Of a DNA stretch of 64,000 nucleotides, positions 1-13,449 are shown one piece after another (the first letter of the stretch is position 1; each line of letters opens with the position of its first letter). The notes below the pieces were generated by a model. It had not been told where the DNA came from. It ran no database searches and saw only the letters and a program-made list of their open reading frames with translations. The translations under genes and the position numbers were made by a program. Origin of the DNA: the human T2T-CHM13v2.0 reference genome, Homo sapiens; NCBI RefSeq assembly GCF_009914755.1, contig NC_060929.1, one strand, 5' to 3'.

Positions 1-3000
1 TATCCCCAGGCAAGGCCCACGGCAGGCCTTGAGAGCATGGAACAGTGGTGCTTGCATCAGTGAATCTTACTAGTTGAAATAAAGAAAGCCATCTTTCCAC
101 CCCTCACTTCATGTAAGTCTGACTCCAGGTCCCATCTCATTCCTTGGCACAGGTGGTCTTATTTAAAGGACTGTGCTCTGACCAGTGAAGTGGGGCCGAG
201 GGCCGAGCCACACAACCCCCACATTGAGACTCAAACACCACAGGGAGGAAAAAGGAAACTATTTAGAAATCACCTCTTCAAAAGTCCTATACATCATTTC
301 TACAAACTCAACAAGAAGGTTATAGGGGTCCCCGATGTGTGGGCTTTAGATTATTTATTTATTTTGGGGAGCATTTGAGGATATCACATTCGAATTCTTT
401 GACAATTGGAGTACCTTTAAATCTCCTTATATCTCTGATGATTTAACTCAGAGGCCTTTTCTGCGGTTAAATATCTTCCAGAAAATACCCTTCATCAATT
501 CCTGCTTTATTTCCCCCTTGTCTCCAAGTGTTTCCCTGGCTAAGACTGCATTTTCCTCCTTCTCTTCTTCCTACTCCTTTATTCAGGGTTGGGAAACCCC
601 ATAACTAAGCTGGCTGACACTTGCCTCAGTGTCTGACTCCCACAGCGATTCAGTTAAAGGGCAGGGAAGCAGACAATGAAATTGGGTAAAAAAAAGGTAC
701 ATAACACTCTTTTATAAATACAGAAGGGGGAGGATCTTTTGCCAGTGCTCTCTGCATTTGCTATATTTTTTTCCCCAAACTATTGGTCCTAGGACCAACT
801 TTGCATAGCAAGCCCTCTTTTCTACTCTGTGTATAACTGCTGTCTTCTGTAACCCAAAGCATAATTCACCATTGGAAGTCTGTGCTCCAATATAAAGTAA
901 GAAGATCACTAACAGAATAATACACAGTGAGCCTGTTCACAAGCTGCAGAAGAATTTCCTCAAGTTGATCATGAATAATTTTCTCAAAGACACATAGTCT
1001 TCCTGGAAAGGCAAAGAATCACGCATCTTTTTGAGCCAGAGAAACATTTGAAAGAAGCCTGCAACATGTACAATTGCTCAAGAAACACATTTCCAACCTT
1101 AGCTATAAACTGCACATTCTATAGGAACATGGGATGTAGATTTTCGTATGAAAAGAGAGTTTATTATAAAGAATATGTTAAGATAAAGAATCTATCACAA
1201 ATAATATTTTATGTAATAAATTTATTTGTCATATCATTACTTTCTAGATTTAGCTGTAAAGTAAGAAAGGAGGAATTTAAAATATCTTAAAAATTCAGGC
1301 CCATATTTTTTCCAGCGCTATCAATCAATTAATTTCTTATCTTAGTCTAATGACAGAAAGGGCAAATTAGCTCTGATCTTCTTATGTTCTGAATCCTTTT
1401 TGGAAATGATTGATTGCTGGGGTTAATTTTAATTTAGTATTAAAAACTTGAGAATATACCGTATACATATTTTGAATCTTGCTTTTTTCACTTTACATGG
1501 CACCGTAATCAGGAATACTCTTCATATCAACATGCTTTATATAGTGTAGAGTCCTTCAAGACAGGGTGATGGCTGCTCATAATTGCATTCTTCTTACCTT
1601 TGATTTGCCTTTGCTGTAACAGGCCTTTTTGGTAGCTTCATCACACTCCCATTCCACAGCCTGTAGAAAACACCAAAACAATAGCAGTCATGGTTTTGAC
1701 TAAATAAAAGGGAAAATATAAACAAGGTAACAAGGCACTGGTAACCAGATTAGGAAATATGGCTGCATCCTGGCACCAACATTTTCATACTCATAGAATT
1801 TACACCAAATACATGAAATTTAGTCATGGGCTTAGATTTAGCTCTAATATTGAAGCATAAGGACCTTCCCCCTTACTATTTGCTTTTGGGTAGTAATGAT
1901 GGGATGCTTAGATCTAGTCACTGTTAGAAAGGAACAATGAGTTGGTGACTATAGCACTGATGGTAGAAATGATCACTTCAGTGAAACTATGGAATAGACC
2001 CAGACGAGGCTTAAGGGAGAGGCCTTGAGACAAGATAATTTAAATATTAATTTTAACATTTTTATTTTATTCAAATAATATGTCATTTATCAATATTCAT
2101 AGATAATGAAGGATGATTTTGCATATCCTTACTACCAAGATATACCTGTAAATGATAATCAATCAATAGATAGCTCATGCAAAGAACATAGCTAGGATTT
2201 TTCCCCAGTAGCAGTCATTTTCATACTATTATTAGCTCTGACTAAATGTTTAGAGCCACAGCTTTTAAATATTTTTTCTCAGAATTTCCAAATCTCACTT
2301 ATGCTGATTAATTTGCTATGTGTGCTTCCACATCTGATGCTAACTCACAAATGAAATGTGTGATTAGTGAAGAAAACAGACAGGGCTTGCTTTACAGAAA
2401 GGATGCCTACAGGCATCCATGGCCTAGCTCTCGTGAATAGTTTTTTGCGCAAATTGAGGCACCTGGGCTTTTTTTTTTTCTCTTTTCTATCATTGTATAG
2501 AGTGTGAACTTTTATAGGGTAAAAATATTTTTTTCATTCTCCATACCTGTTATCAGAATTATTATTTTCTATTTTACTATTAAAATTGGATTTCTGAAGG
2601 AACAGGGATGTGCGGTAATTCAATCATTAACAGAAAGACATTTTGAGATAGAGACTTTTTTCTGTTAATTTGGACTAATGTCAAATAATAAACTAAACCA
2701 AAAGCAACCTAGTGTCAAATCATATGAAGGAAAATAATGGCTTCACCCTTATTTTTTAGTAAGAAATGTTTTCTTTCTAATTATCCAAACTTGGGAGAAT
2801 AACAAAGTCAGGCTAACACCATTCTCTAATATCTTCTGCCTTCCAAAGAATGTTACATAACAGAGATTAAATCATACAACACTGCATCTTGTATAATTTA
2901 TGTTACTTGGCAAATATGAGTCCATAAGAAAAGTATTCTAGAAAGAACCACTTCAGTGTCTTTGAAACCAAAACAATGCTATAACTGTTTTCCCTTGTGC

Positions 3001-3378
3001 AGACTTGAAGATTTTTGTCAGTGTCAACATCTGATAAGAGAATTTGTTAATTCCTTCTGTGCTGTTTCCCTGTTCATAATGTTTGATGGTAACAATACAG
3101 TCATAGCTAATCAGCATCTGATGCAAACACATGATTTGAATTCCATACCAGGATGACAAATATTTTCATGAAAAGCAATGACACCTCCAGAGAAAACAGC
3201 CTCCCATACAGTTGCATAACTATATCCCCATGAAGTACAGATAAAATAAATGAAAATAAATGTGTTGTTGTTCATCTGATTTGACCTTTAGTATATTCCT
3301 TTCTTAGATCTCTTTACAAAATATTACTCAGTTTTTTTGTATTTAAGTAGATATCCACGTCTTGGCCTTTACTTAAAC

Positions 3379-3445
3379 TTAAAACAGTATTGAGGATTGA
3401 TTAAAACAGTATTGAGGACTGAAAGAATATGATATATTCTTTCAG
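3379..3445. repeat. 22-bp tandem duplication overlapping a perfect 12-bp inverted repeat
   Basis: TTAAAACAGTATTGAGGA(T/C)TGA x2 (3379-3422); CTGAAAGAATAT-GAT-ATATTCTTTCAG (3419-3445). Confidence 0.9.
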
Positions 3446-6292
3446 CAGAGTAAAACTCATTATAACTTTGATTGTGTATTGCCAGAGGTTTCAGTATTAC
3501 ATATCACCAAGAGGAACTGGTGTTACACAATTACTAGGAAAACTATACAGTGAAATACTTTAGATAAAGAGTCATTCACGGTGGCTTTCATTGGTCTAGT
3601 GATTTTGTTAAAAGTTAAATAATAATGTTCTCTTCTATAAACATGAAAGCTATAAAGAGAAGGATTAGTCCCAGGGCTAAGGAAGAAGAATATTTACCAA
3701 ATGCCATCAAAATTGTTCAGATCCTGCGGCTGAAATGGCAAACAAACAGCTTCACAAGTCTACCTAATGCCCAAATAGCCTTTGCATTTTCAAGATAAAT
3801 ATTGGCCAAAGATTGAAAGGGAAAATAAGAGAAGAAAGAATGTGAGAGTTTTAAAAAATATTTCATTATTTTTATCCAGCATACCAAAAAATAGCAACTG
3901 CTCTTACAAGTTTATTAGACCAATAATAAATATGACAAATCTTACAGATTTTCTGAAGATAGTGATTAGAAAGAAAAAAAATTAATTTCCTAAGGCATTT
4001 TATTACAGCCTCACTAGCTTGCCTATAATATTCAAATCCAGAATTAATTAAAGACCATGATTGTACAGCTTTTCTGTTCACTTTCTACCTGAATAGAGAA
4101 CAGGATAAAGGGAAATTTTATATTAAGAATGGAACTTTACTTATTCCAGAAGACAGCAGGAATATATACATATTATTGGATAGCACAGAATTTGAAAAGG
4201 AATAGAATGGAGAAAAGTGGCTTTTCCAGATTATACTAGAATGGGATGCTCCAGATTCATCCCATAGTGTCCTCCTATTCACTAGGTCAGCTAGACTTTG
4301 CCTATTTCATCACTTGACAGACATGAAATTAAAAAAAAAAATCCATCAGAGACAAATAAGAGTATCAATGTACCTCCTCTCTGTGGGTTCTTATTTCTCA
4401 CAGTGACGCATTTTTCTGTTTGAAATTAGGCTGTTTGTTTAACCTGGTCACAACTTCCTTATTCTTCTAGATCCATTCTAATGAACCAAATACCTCTTAA
4501 TCAAGCCTTCTCTTTCATTTCTCAGTGAAAATTTTTATTATTTCATGTATCATGATTATAGAACAAGTCTCACTACTGATTTGAGAAGCCACGTGTCCAC
4601 TTGTATTCAAAAGATGTTTTTCCACTAACCCAAACCTATCTTTACAATAGTCAAAACAAGTGCTAAAGCATTCTACATTTCAGATCTCAACCCAACATTC
4701 ATAGTCTCATTTCCTGAGTCTCCCTTTTAAAAATATTTAATTTTTGTCATCTTTTGTCTTTTTCTATTTCAGGATAGCCCAGTAGAGAAAAGAAATATTT
4801 CTACTCTAGGCTATTCAATATTTTGTCTGCATTATATATTTCAGCAGCAGACATATAGCAGTAATATTGTGGTTACTTGAATATTCAAAGATTAGATACA
4901 GTAGGCAGTGAGTTTGAAACACCTACATTTTAAAAGACACAACGATTCCTGTTTGCAGTAAGTTTTTTTCTGTAAATACATACAAATAATACCTGTACTA
5001 AGGAACAACTCACAGAAGTTTTGCTTTATGCAAATACATTAATTATCTCCTTTATTTAACAAATATTCATTAAGTACCTACCAAACAGAAGACACTCTTC
5101 TATGTGACTGACAGAAGGAAAAACAGACATAGAGATACACATCAGATATTAATTTACAATACAGCATAAGTGTATTCCATCAGCCTAGACAGAATTATGT
5201 TAAATCTGAGGAGTCAACAGTGTTCATTTTCATTGTTATAGTAGCCATATGCACGTTAATCTCAGGTCCAGTGACACACTCTAACTTATAATATCATTAG
5301 CTTTCAGGATGTGACAAACATACAAAGAGAGCTACAAAAAAAAAAAAAAAAAAGAAGAGGCTTATGGAAAACCCATTTTATATCTGCATAAATCCTGGGT
5401 ATGCAACAAAGCCCCCATTGTTTCAAGGTACAGCATCCATTGGACCGTGTTGCACACAGACATACTACGGTTAGGATAAATGGAGCTGTGATCTCAAGAG
5501 TAAATCAGATAGAGAAAAGAAAAAGAGATTGGCTCTTTTTATGTATGTGTTACATACATATAAATCCACAGTTCTCAGAAGTATATAAACAAAGCTGTGT
5601 ATTATCACACTCCACCGCCAGATAAGTTAATTAGATAGGGACCAGCAAAGGCAGACACTTCATAAAAATGAAGAGAACAACATTCTAGGCAAATGGGCTA
5701 CTACTCTTTCAGCAGATGGCTTTGCTAATTAGATACTGGCAAAAGATAACATTAAACAAAACTAGTTTAATTACACAACGCCAAAAATTAACAACCACCT
5801 GAGGGCTTTCTTTTTTCATATGTTTACATTCATATTCTTATGTCATGTATTCTGCGATGCGCTGGGAAATGTTACATTGCCATGGCAATTATAAACAAAT
5901 CGTCAGGGTATGCAAGACTATATCTTTGTTCAAAACTGAAACAAATGCAAATGAGTTGGAACTAGAAACAACTGTGATTTGACTTGAATAAAATGTCAAC
6001 CTATAACAGTAACTTTGAGAGAGGACATCTTTGCTAATTATAATACCTTCATGGTCACACGTGTCAGGGTCACACAAGTGTCACTTGAGCTAGAATGGCG
6101 TGCATTGAACGAAAAAAGGCAGTAAACATTTCAGTCAATTTGGAAGGATTTGTTCGATGTTCCTCTGCCTTTACTTCCTAGTGGATATTCAATGTGTTTG
6201 TTATTTTTTCATATTAATTTTCAGTATACTTTCATTTCCGTCCATGTCAAATACAAGCAAGTACAATTATAACCTCAAAATCAAAAGACTAG

Positions 6293-6545
6293 CCAAACAT
6301 CTTATGTTCTCACTGGTATGTGGGAGCTAAGCTATGAGTATGCAAAGGCAAAAGAATGATACACTAGACTTTGAGGACTTATGGGGAAGAGTGGGAGCGG
6401 GGCAAGGCATAAAAGACAACCAACGTGGTGCAGTGTATACTGCTCGGGCGATGGGTGCACCAGGATCTCACAAATCTCCACTGAAGAACTTACTCATGTA
6501 ACCACATACCTTCTCTACCCCAATAACATATGGGAAAATAAATTT
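6293..6545 (+). mobile_element. LINE-1 3' end fragment, L1PB1-like, 5' truncated
   Basis: ATGTTCTCACT..GGGAGCTAAGCTATGAG..GATGGGTGCACCA..GAACTTACTCATGTAACCA..AATAAA; possible TSD AAAAGACTAG (6283-6292) / AAAAGACTGG (6587-6596). Confidence 0.85.
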
Positions 6546-6857
6546 TTTTTTAAATGATCAATTTCAAAATTTAGAAATTAACTTAAAAAAGACTGGAATC
6601 GCATTAGAGTCATATCATCCCACTATTTTTTGATTCTCATACACTGCCATCATCTAAAATTAGAAGAAATATCTTAACTTTAGAAATACCTATGAAAATG
6701 TGTTATAATAATTTTTAAAGCCCTTATGCTAATGCCCAAGATTTTCTTTCACATAATAACACCACATTAAACTTACATTGATAAGGAACTGCAGAGTGGT
6801 GCTCCCAGCCTGTTGAATGCTCACTGGGCGTTCTGTTCTCTAATTGGGAGTTGACAA

Positions 6858-7286
6858 TGTATTCATTCCCTAGAGCTGTTGTGAGAAACTACCACAAACC
6901 AGGTGGCTTTAAGGACAGAAATTTATTCTTACAGTTCTGGAGGCTCGTTGGCAGGGTTGAATCCGACTGAAAACTTTGAGGGACAATCTGTCTGGGCCCC
7001 TCTCCCAGCCCCTGGGGTCTGCCGCTGACCTGTGGTACGACTTGGCTTACAGGGCATCACTGGAACCTCTGCCTCACTCATCGCATGGTGTTCTCCTTGT
7101 GTTTTTCTTTGTCCAAATGTTCCTCTTCTTATAAGGACACCGGCCACTGGATTAAGGCCCACTGTATTCCAGCAATGAGCTCATCTTAACTAGTGACATC
7201 TAGAAAGACTCTTTTTTCAAATAAGGTCATATTCTGGGAATCTGCATGGACATGAGTTTTGGGGTGATACTCTACAACCCAGTACA
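6858..7286 (-). mobile_element. MaLR solo LTR, MLT1 (MLT1B/C-like)
   Basis: TG...CA ends; ACAGAAATTTATTCTTACAGTTCTGGAGGCT and CTTATAAGGACAC..CAAATAAGGTCA motifs. Confidence 0.8.
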
Positions 7287-7379
7287 AACAGCATGGCATA
7301 AGAGATTTGGAGAAACAATTCATAGTCACAAATTAGGGTCATTGCTTTGCCACAAATTAGTTGCCAATTCTCAAGCAAA

Positions 7380-7600
7380 ATAATGGTAACAATTTATTAA
7401 ATGTGTGATGTGCTAGCTACAGTGCTAAATGCTTTCTATACACTTACCTCGTTTAATGTGAGAGGTACTATTATAATAAGATTTTGGATGAGGACTTAGG
7501 GTAAATAACTTGCCAAAGGCCACAGAGTATTAAGTGGCAGCCCCAGGATTGGCACTTTATAACTTGGATCTGGAGCCTGTTATCTGAACTACTCTCCTGC
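7380..7600 (-). mobile_element. MIR SINE
   Basis: GTGCTAAATGCTTT..GATGAGGA..AATAACTTGCCAAAGGCCACA core. Confidence 0.7.
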
Positions 7601-8029
7601 TATTTAAATTGCCAAATTAAGTGCCCCTTCTTACCTGATTTTTACAGTTTCTTTGTTTTCCACCCCGTAATTTAGAAAAATACATATCTGAAGCAGAGAA
7701 ATTTGTGCATGTCTAAGTTCAGAGCTGTTGGCATTCAGTAAATATTAATCAAAAAAGCCATTGATTCCCTTGTCATAGAATGTATTCATGTCTAAAGCCT
7801 CTGGGCCCATTCACAGCCCTAGAATCGATTTTAAAAGGACCATGATTTGCCTAATGAAACTCTAAAGTCAAGAAAGGTGCAGCCAGGGTATGATATAAGA
7901 ATCTTGGGTTGGTTTTGTGAAATTAAACATCTTCTGTATAAGAACACAGTTTGTTCTTGACACAGCAGCAATGTCCTGCTTTCAAAATTCAGTCTGAAGA
8001 CCCATCACTTCTATTAAGCCCTACCGGGG

Positions 8030-8465
8030 CTTCCCACACCTCCTGGATTAAGAGCCAAAGTCATCTAGAAAATTCTGCCATGTCCAGGTACTTATTTCCT
8101 AGTGCCCCCACCCCATTCTTTTACGGGTGGCATGGGTTTCTCAGCATGGTCTCTGAACAAAGCAGACACATTCCCTATGGCCTGTGGACTTACTGGCCCC
8201 ACTACCTGGAATACTTTCCTCCAGATGCCCACCTAGATAATGGCTGTGCCTCCTACATACCTTTGTTCAAGTGTGAGCTCCTCGCTGGACCCTATGTAGC
8301 CATATATGTATATGTGAAACTGCCATTTGCTTCCTCCTTTCTCACTAGAAAGCAAACTGCACTTGGGCAGGCAGCTTGGCTGCTTGGTACACGTCTGTAT
8401 CTGCAGCACCTAGGACAGTGCCACATACACAAGCACTCAATATCTAGCTGTTAAACAAATTAACG
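8030..8465 (+). mobile_element. L2 LINE 3' fragment
   Basis: CCTGGAATACTTTCCTCCAGAT..CAGCACCTAGGACAGTGCC..GCACTCAATA 3' terminus pattern. Confidence 0.65.
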
Positions 8466-8805
8466 GATGTGTTAATAGAATGCCCTGCACCCATGCCCTT
8501 GGAAGTCGCTCAGGTGTCCTTCTAGAGACCCCTTGTAGAATGGGCACATGAGGCTTGGCAGCCCTTGAGCTGGTTGGGTGAGCCTACCACGTGTTGCACC
8601 TCTGTGGCAAAAACATCCCACAAGAATTTCTCTTCCACACTTCAATTTGCCCTGACACTGGGAAGAAGAATATGAATGCATCCGCTCTGGGAAGACAGAA
8701 AGGGAAGGATCAGAACAAAGATTTTACTACTTTTTCAGCAGTAGACAACGTTTTTTTAAGTAACATCTTCAGCCTAATCTCAAACAAAAGGAGATAAAAG
8801 TGGTA

Positions 8806-9158
8806 TAGTATTCCCCTTCTCTGCAGTTTTACTTCTTGATACCGCAGTCAACTGAAGTTCAAAAATATGAAATGGAACATTCCAGAAACAAACAATTCCT
8901 AAGTTTTAAATTGTGGACAATTCTGAGTAGCATGGTGAAATCTCAAGCCACCCTGCTCCATCCTGCCTGCGGAAATAAAGGATCCCTTTGTCTGGAGTAT
9001 TCACATGTCTATGTTCCCTGCCTATTAGTCACTTAGGAGCCCTCTCAGTTATCAGATCAAAAAAACATAGCACACACAGTGTTCAGTACTATCAGAAGAT
9101 TCAGGCATTCCCTGGGGGTCTTGGAACCTATCCCCCGTAGATAAGAGAGGGACTACCA
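8806..9158 (+). mobile_element. MER44A-like (Tigger7-derived) non-autonomous DNA transposon
   Basis: degenerate terminal inverted repeats TAGTATTCCCCTT / AAGAGAGGGACTACCA, TA on both sides, internal CAATTCCTAAGTTTTAAATTG..TCTGAGTAGC; orientation by recalled consensus. Confidence 0.75.
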
Positions 9159-12100
9159 TATTATGTCAAAGTCATGCTTTAAGTGCAAAATTATACTAAG
9201 TCATTAGAAAAATGTGAGACCAAGTGACTGCTGAGTCATAACACCCTCGGTATCCAAGCATTTCTGTATTTTGTTTTGGTTGCCTGTTTTTGAAAAAAAC
9301 ACAAATTTATAAAAATTAATAGTTATAAATAAGACCACTTTGAATCTCAGTAAATTGGCAGTACAAATTGAAATGACAGCGGACACCTTATTCCGTACTC
9401 TATAATAAACCAGGGAGGCCAAGTAATGTCACAGTAAAAGTTAATTTACTGAGTGAAGGATTCTAAAGTCTTAAAATTCTGTACATGGTATACATTTTTG
9501 GTATAAGTGTTTCTTAAATAATGGGATTAAAGCAATATAATATCTCAAATCTCAGAAGCACCTCTAGAATCTGAGGGTTCTGAGTAACACAGTTGGCAAG
9601 TCACTATTTTAAGGAACCAAATTTATCTGATAAGAAATTTTGGGGCTGGACCTGGGGTCAGACAGAGAAAAACAAAGTGATGGAAGATGAGTTCCAATGA
9701 CCCTACTCCTGAACACGAATGAACCCTGCTGGGATGATTTTTTGAAAGAAGAACATTAGAGAGAGAGAAGAAAAACAGTATCAAGGACATTATAATATCT
9801 GGTATAAAATTTAAAACCATGATTGTCAGACCTTGAAGCATCAAACGACTGGTGCACTTCAAAAATATTTCTAAGGTAAGGCTCATAAGAGCCTTACTTC
9901 TTGGTTGCAGGGTTTTACAGAAATTATTTTCATGAATGCAAGTAGGATTGGTTTAAAAAATGGTGCATCGTCAAATTTGCAAGACTAAATGTAGCGAAAA
10001 AAATCAAATCACTGGAGGGATGGCTATTTTTATACATGAATTTCCTAAAAGTATTAGTATAAGGAACCCAATTCAAAGTCAATCAAGCAGGGATAAAAGT
10101 ATTGACATCGGAGTGGATTGAATTCCCAAGGACTGGCTTGCCTAGTTTAATATTTCCCAAATGCATTTGGTGGAAAATTGATTGCATCTAATGTTATATT
10201 TTCTCTCTTTTACAACATACAATTATATCTTACATCACATGGATGATGCCATCCAAATACCACAATATCTGTATACTGTTCAACAGAAATGTTTGCTAGC
10301 AATTAGATATATCACAAGCAAATTAGAATTAGATGTTTTATCTGATGTAACATTTATTCTGCATATGTAGAGATATTCCAAAAGGAATAAGTTGATTATA
10401 GAAAGTTATGAAAAATGTCACACCAACCGAGCTTAGTAAGACTATCTGAAGATTGTATGGGACACCAATATGAATTCACAAGATAAAATTTTAAACAATA
10501 TGAGAAGCAGCATGTTAGCATGGGATTCTCTGTAAAACCTTGACCAACACTAGGAAAACACAACTTGATATAATGAAGCCTGCCTTGAAAATACTTTTAC
10601 AAGGCTAAGTTTGTGGTGTGGCTTTGACCAAATCTTTCTTTCACACGCCAGTTAACTACTGACAATAATATTCTAGCACTATTGGTAAAAGTGAAGATTA
10701 ACCATCCTGTCCCTAAAACAAAAAGAAATTTCACAGTTATATGCCAAGGTTTCATCTGGGAATACAGTTAAAGGGTTCAAAAGGGACTGCATGTAGCAAG
10801 TAAGAAGAAGTACCAATCTTTTTATTTTGAGGCAACATGAAACAGATGTAGAAAACGACGCCAGCAACCACAGCATGAATGCAAATGAAGGTGCAGAAAC
10901 CACGCAACTCTTTGTTGTTTGGCTTAGAATTTTATTTTACTGATGTGAATGAAATATTTTTATATTTTCAAGAGGAATATCCCATTTGTGATTTTGTGTG
11001 TTAGATTTCTCTTGCTTAAAATGTAAAGCCACCTATATTGGCATCATTGGTTTGAGTCCTATTATTGTGTATTCTGGCCAAATCTTAATGAAGACATTCT
11101 GTATGAACTGTCAGCCTAATAGCCAATATTGATGTAAATATATGGATGTTTGCTTTCAGTTTCTCCATAAATCTTTTCTATTTTTCTAGTCTTCTGAAAC
11201 TGGCTTCATGAAAACAAACAACACTTCATACCTGATTACTTTCTCTAGAGTTCTGGGTTAATATCTATGCACTAGACTCACTGGAGCACTTACAAAACCC
11301 AGATTATGAATGTTTCCTGGGGAATTGTTTTATACTCATGGAACAACTCAGAATTTATTCATTATTCAAGTTAAAAATGCTTGCTTCCTGAGATATATCC
11401 TATCAAAGTCAACAAAGATTGACTTTACTTCCAGCTTGAGAACATATTGATCTATTTTCCAGATCTCAAGATATATGCAAAACCCTCCTTATGAACCTTA
11501 TTCAGCATTATTTCCATAAGCTTTTGTTTTCAGCTACAAAAAAATGAACACGAAAATTTGTTTTCTAGTGTAAGTTTGGTAGTCATTGTTTACTCTCATT
11601 TTAAATAAAATGTGTAACAGGATAATATACTCTGTTCAAGAAACACATTATTTACTATATTATCACAATGGTAAATGAGCACTTAGTGAACATGACTGAT
11701 ACATTCATGTCCTAGTTAATATTGAACACTCTCATAACTTAATGAATATCTGCTTAAACGTATTAAATCAAATAAATAATTTAGCATTAAACAGCAATTG
11801 TGTGGTTTTGCCATTTATTTCTCCAAACATTTTTCTCTCTTCTATAATTTGTTCATTTACATGCCAGAGATGTCCTAAAATATTGTCATTACTATTATTA
11901 AGATGTTTGATAAGAGCTCCATCTAAGAAAAAAGTCCAAAAGCATTTCAAGTGTGAGAATAAGAGTTGGTGAATTTTTAATGTCTGTAACATCTGGGATA
12001 TGTTGATGGAAAATTGATGCCTTTTGTTATAATTTTACAACAAAATGAAGAGAACATGAGGCACTCCTTCCCTTCCATCTATTTAAATCATTCCTTTTGT

Positions 12101-12250
12101 TATGTGATTAGCCAGGGTTGGCAACTAATTGCCAAATGTTACAACTTCACTCAATTTCCTACTAAAGGAATTTGATTTTGAAATAAATTAATTGCCTACA
12201 CCAATTAGGGCCTTGAAACACAACTTTGTGTATATCTGAGGGTGGAGCAT

Positions 12251-12748
12251 TGGAGTAGGATGAACACTGGTCCCTTAAAAGATATCCATCATCATCTCTG
12301 CAACCTGTGAAGTTAACTCATACGGCAAAAAAAAAAAAAAGAAAAAAGAAAAGGACTGAAGATAATTAAATTAAGGATCTTGAGATGGAGACATTAATCT
12401 ATTATTCAGGGAGCATCTCAACATCACTGAAAACATTCTCATATGAAGCAGGCAGAGGAAGATGCGGAGCATACAGAGGAGAAGGAAATATGACCGTGGA
12501 GGCAGAGATAGTGATGAAGGAGCCTCAAGTCAAGGAGGCCGGCAGCCACCCGAAGCCAAAAGAGAAAAAGAACAAATTATTTCCCCCAAACTTCTGGAGA
12601 AAGTGTGGCCCGGGGGACCCCTTTATTTTAGTCGCATAAGAATTAATTTGGACTCCTAGCCTCCAGAACTGTGAGAGAAAAAATTTCTGTTGCTCTAACC
12701 CACCAAGTTCATGATAATTTGTCACAGCAGCCATACAAAACTAATACA
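12251..12748 (+). mobile_element. MaLR solo LTR, MLT1D-like
   Basis: AAGGATCTTGAGATGG..CCTCCAGAACTGTGAGAG..AAACTAATACA end. Confidence 0.8.
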
Positions 12749-12867
12749 TACATACATACACATGAATTACACACATGAACACAGTCACACTCAAGCGAGT
12801 TTAGGAGCATGGGGTGGACATGTTAGTATCTGTGTGTCCATCTACCAAACATCTGGGCCAGGCCCAT

Positions 12868-13398
12868 TGTACGAAATTGGAACATGTCATCCCAAAATAT
12901 GCCTTTGTCATGGGATTATTTTGAGCTGATTATTTTGAGAAAGCCTAGACACAGGAGAAGCTCTGAAAACAGAGTAGAAATTGTGTTTGTGTAAGGTAAG
13001 CTTACATCTATAAAGGAAATCTCTATTTGTAAGGGTGTCTCCCCTACTGTACCAGGAAGAGAAATATGATCCTGGTCAGGAGATAAGTCAATGGAGAAGC
13101 CACTGACTTAAATGTGCACAACAAACCTTACTCCGGCTAACCATGCCATTTCTGGTCACGTTGCCATTACTTACCTCTCCCACACACTTCTTTCTTTAAT
13201 CTAGCTGAAGATGGTATTTAAGCTTGAATTCTAAGATATCTCTTTGAGAGTGACTCATTTCCCTGGGTATCTCCCGTGTGTGTAAGACATAAACATATTT
13301 TTATAACTTGTTTTTCTATTGTTAATATGTCTTTTGTTACAAGGGCCCAGCTGAGAATTTAGAAGAGTAGAGGGAAAATTATTTCTTCCTGCCCTACA
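12868..13398 (+). mobile_element. ERV1 solo LTR, MER34-family-like
   Basis: TG...CA; CCCAAAATATGCC..GGATTATTTTGAGCTG..AGAGGGAAAATTATTTCTTCCTGCCCTACA. Confidence 0.7.
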
Positions 13399-13449
13399 AT
13401 ATATATGAAAGATGTAGTTGTTGATATAAAAGACCTCTTAAGGAAAACA

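Noticed and set aside
2401-2418. 8-bp stem hairpin GGATGCCT/AGGCATCC (similar one at ~11405-11426)
   Set aside because: A few stems of this length are expected by chance in 64 kb.
7951-8454. 167-aa ORF
   Set aside because: Non-ATG start, lies over an L2 remnant, no recognisable domain.
9614-9875. Possible + strand exon (TTTTAAG|G ... AAG|GTAAGG)
   Set aside because: Weak pyrimidine tract, no recognisable coding frame, no partner exons.
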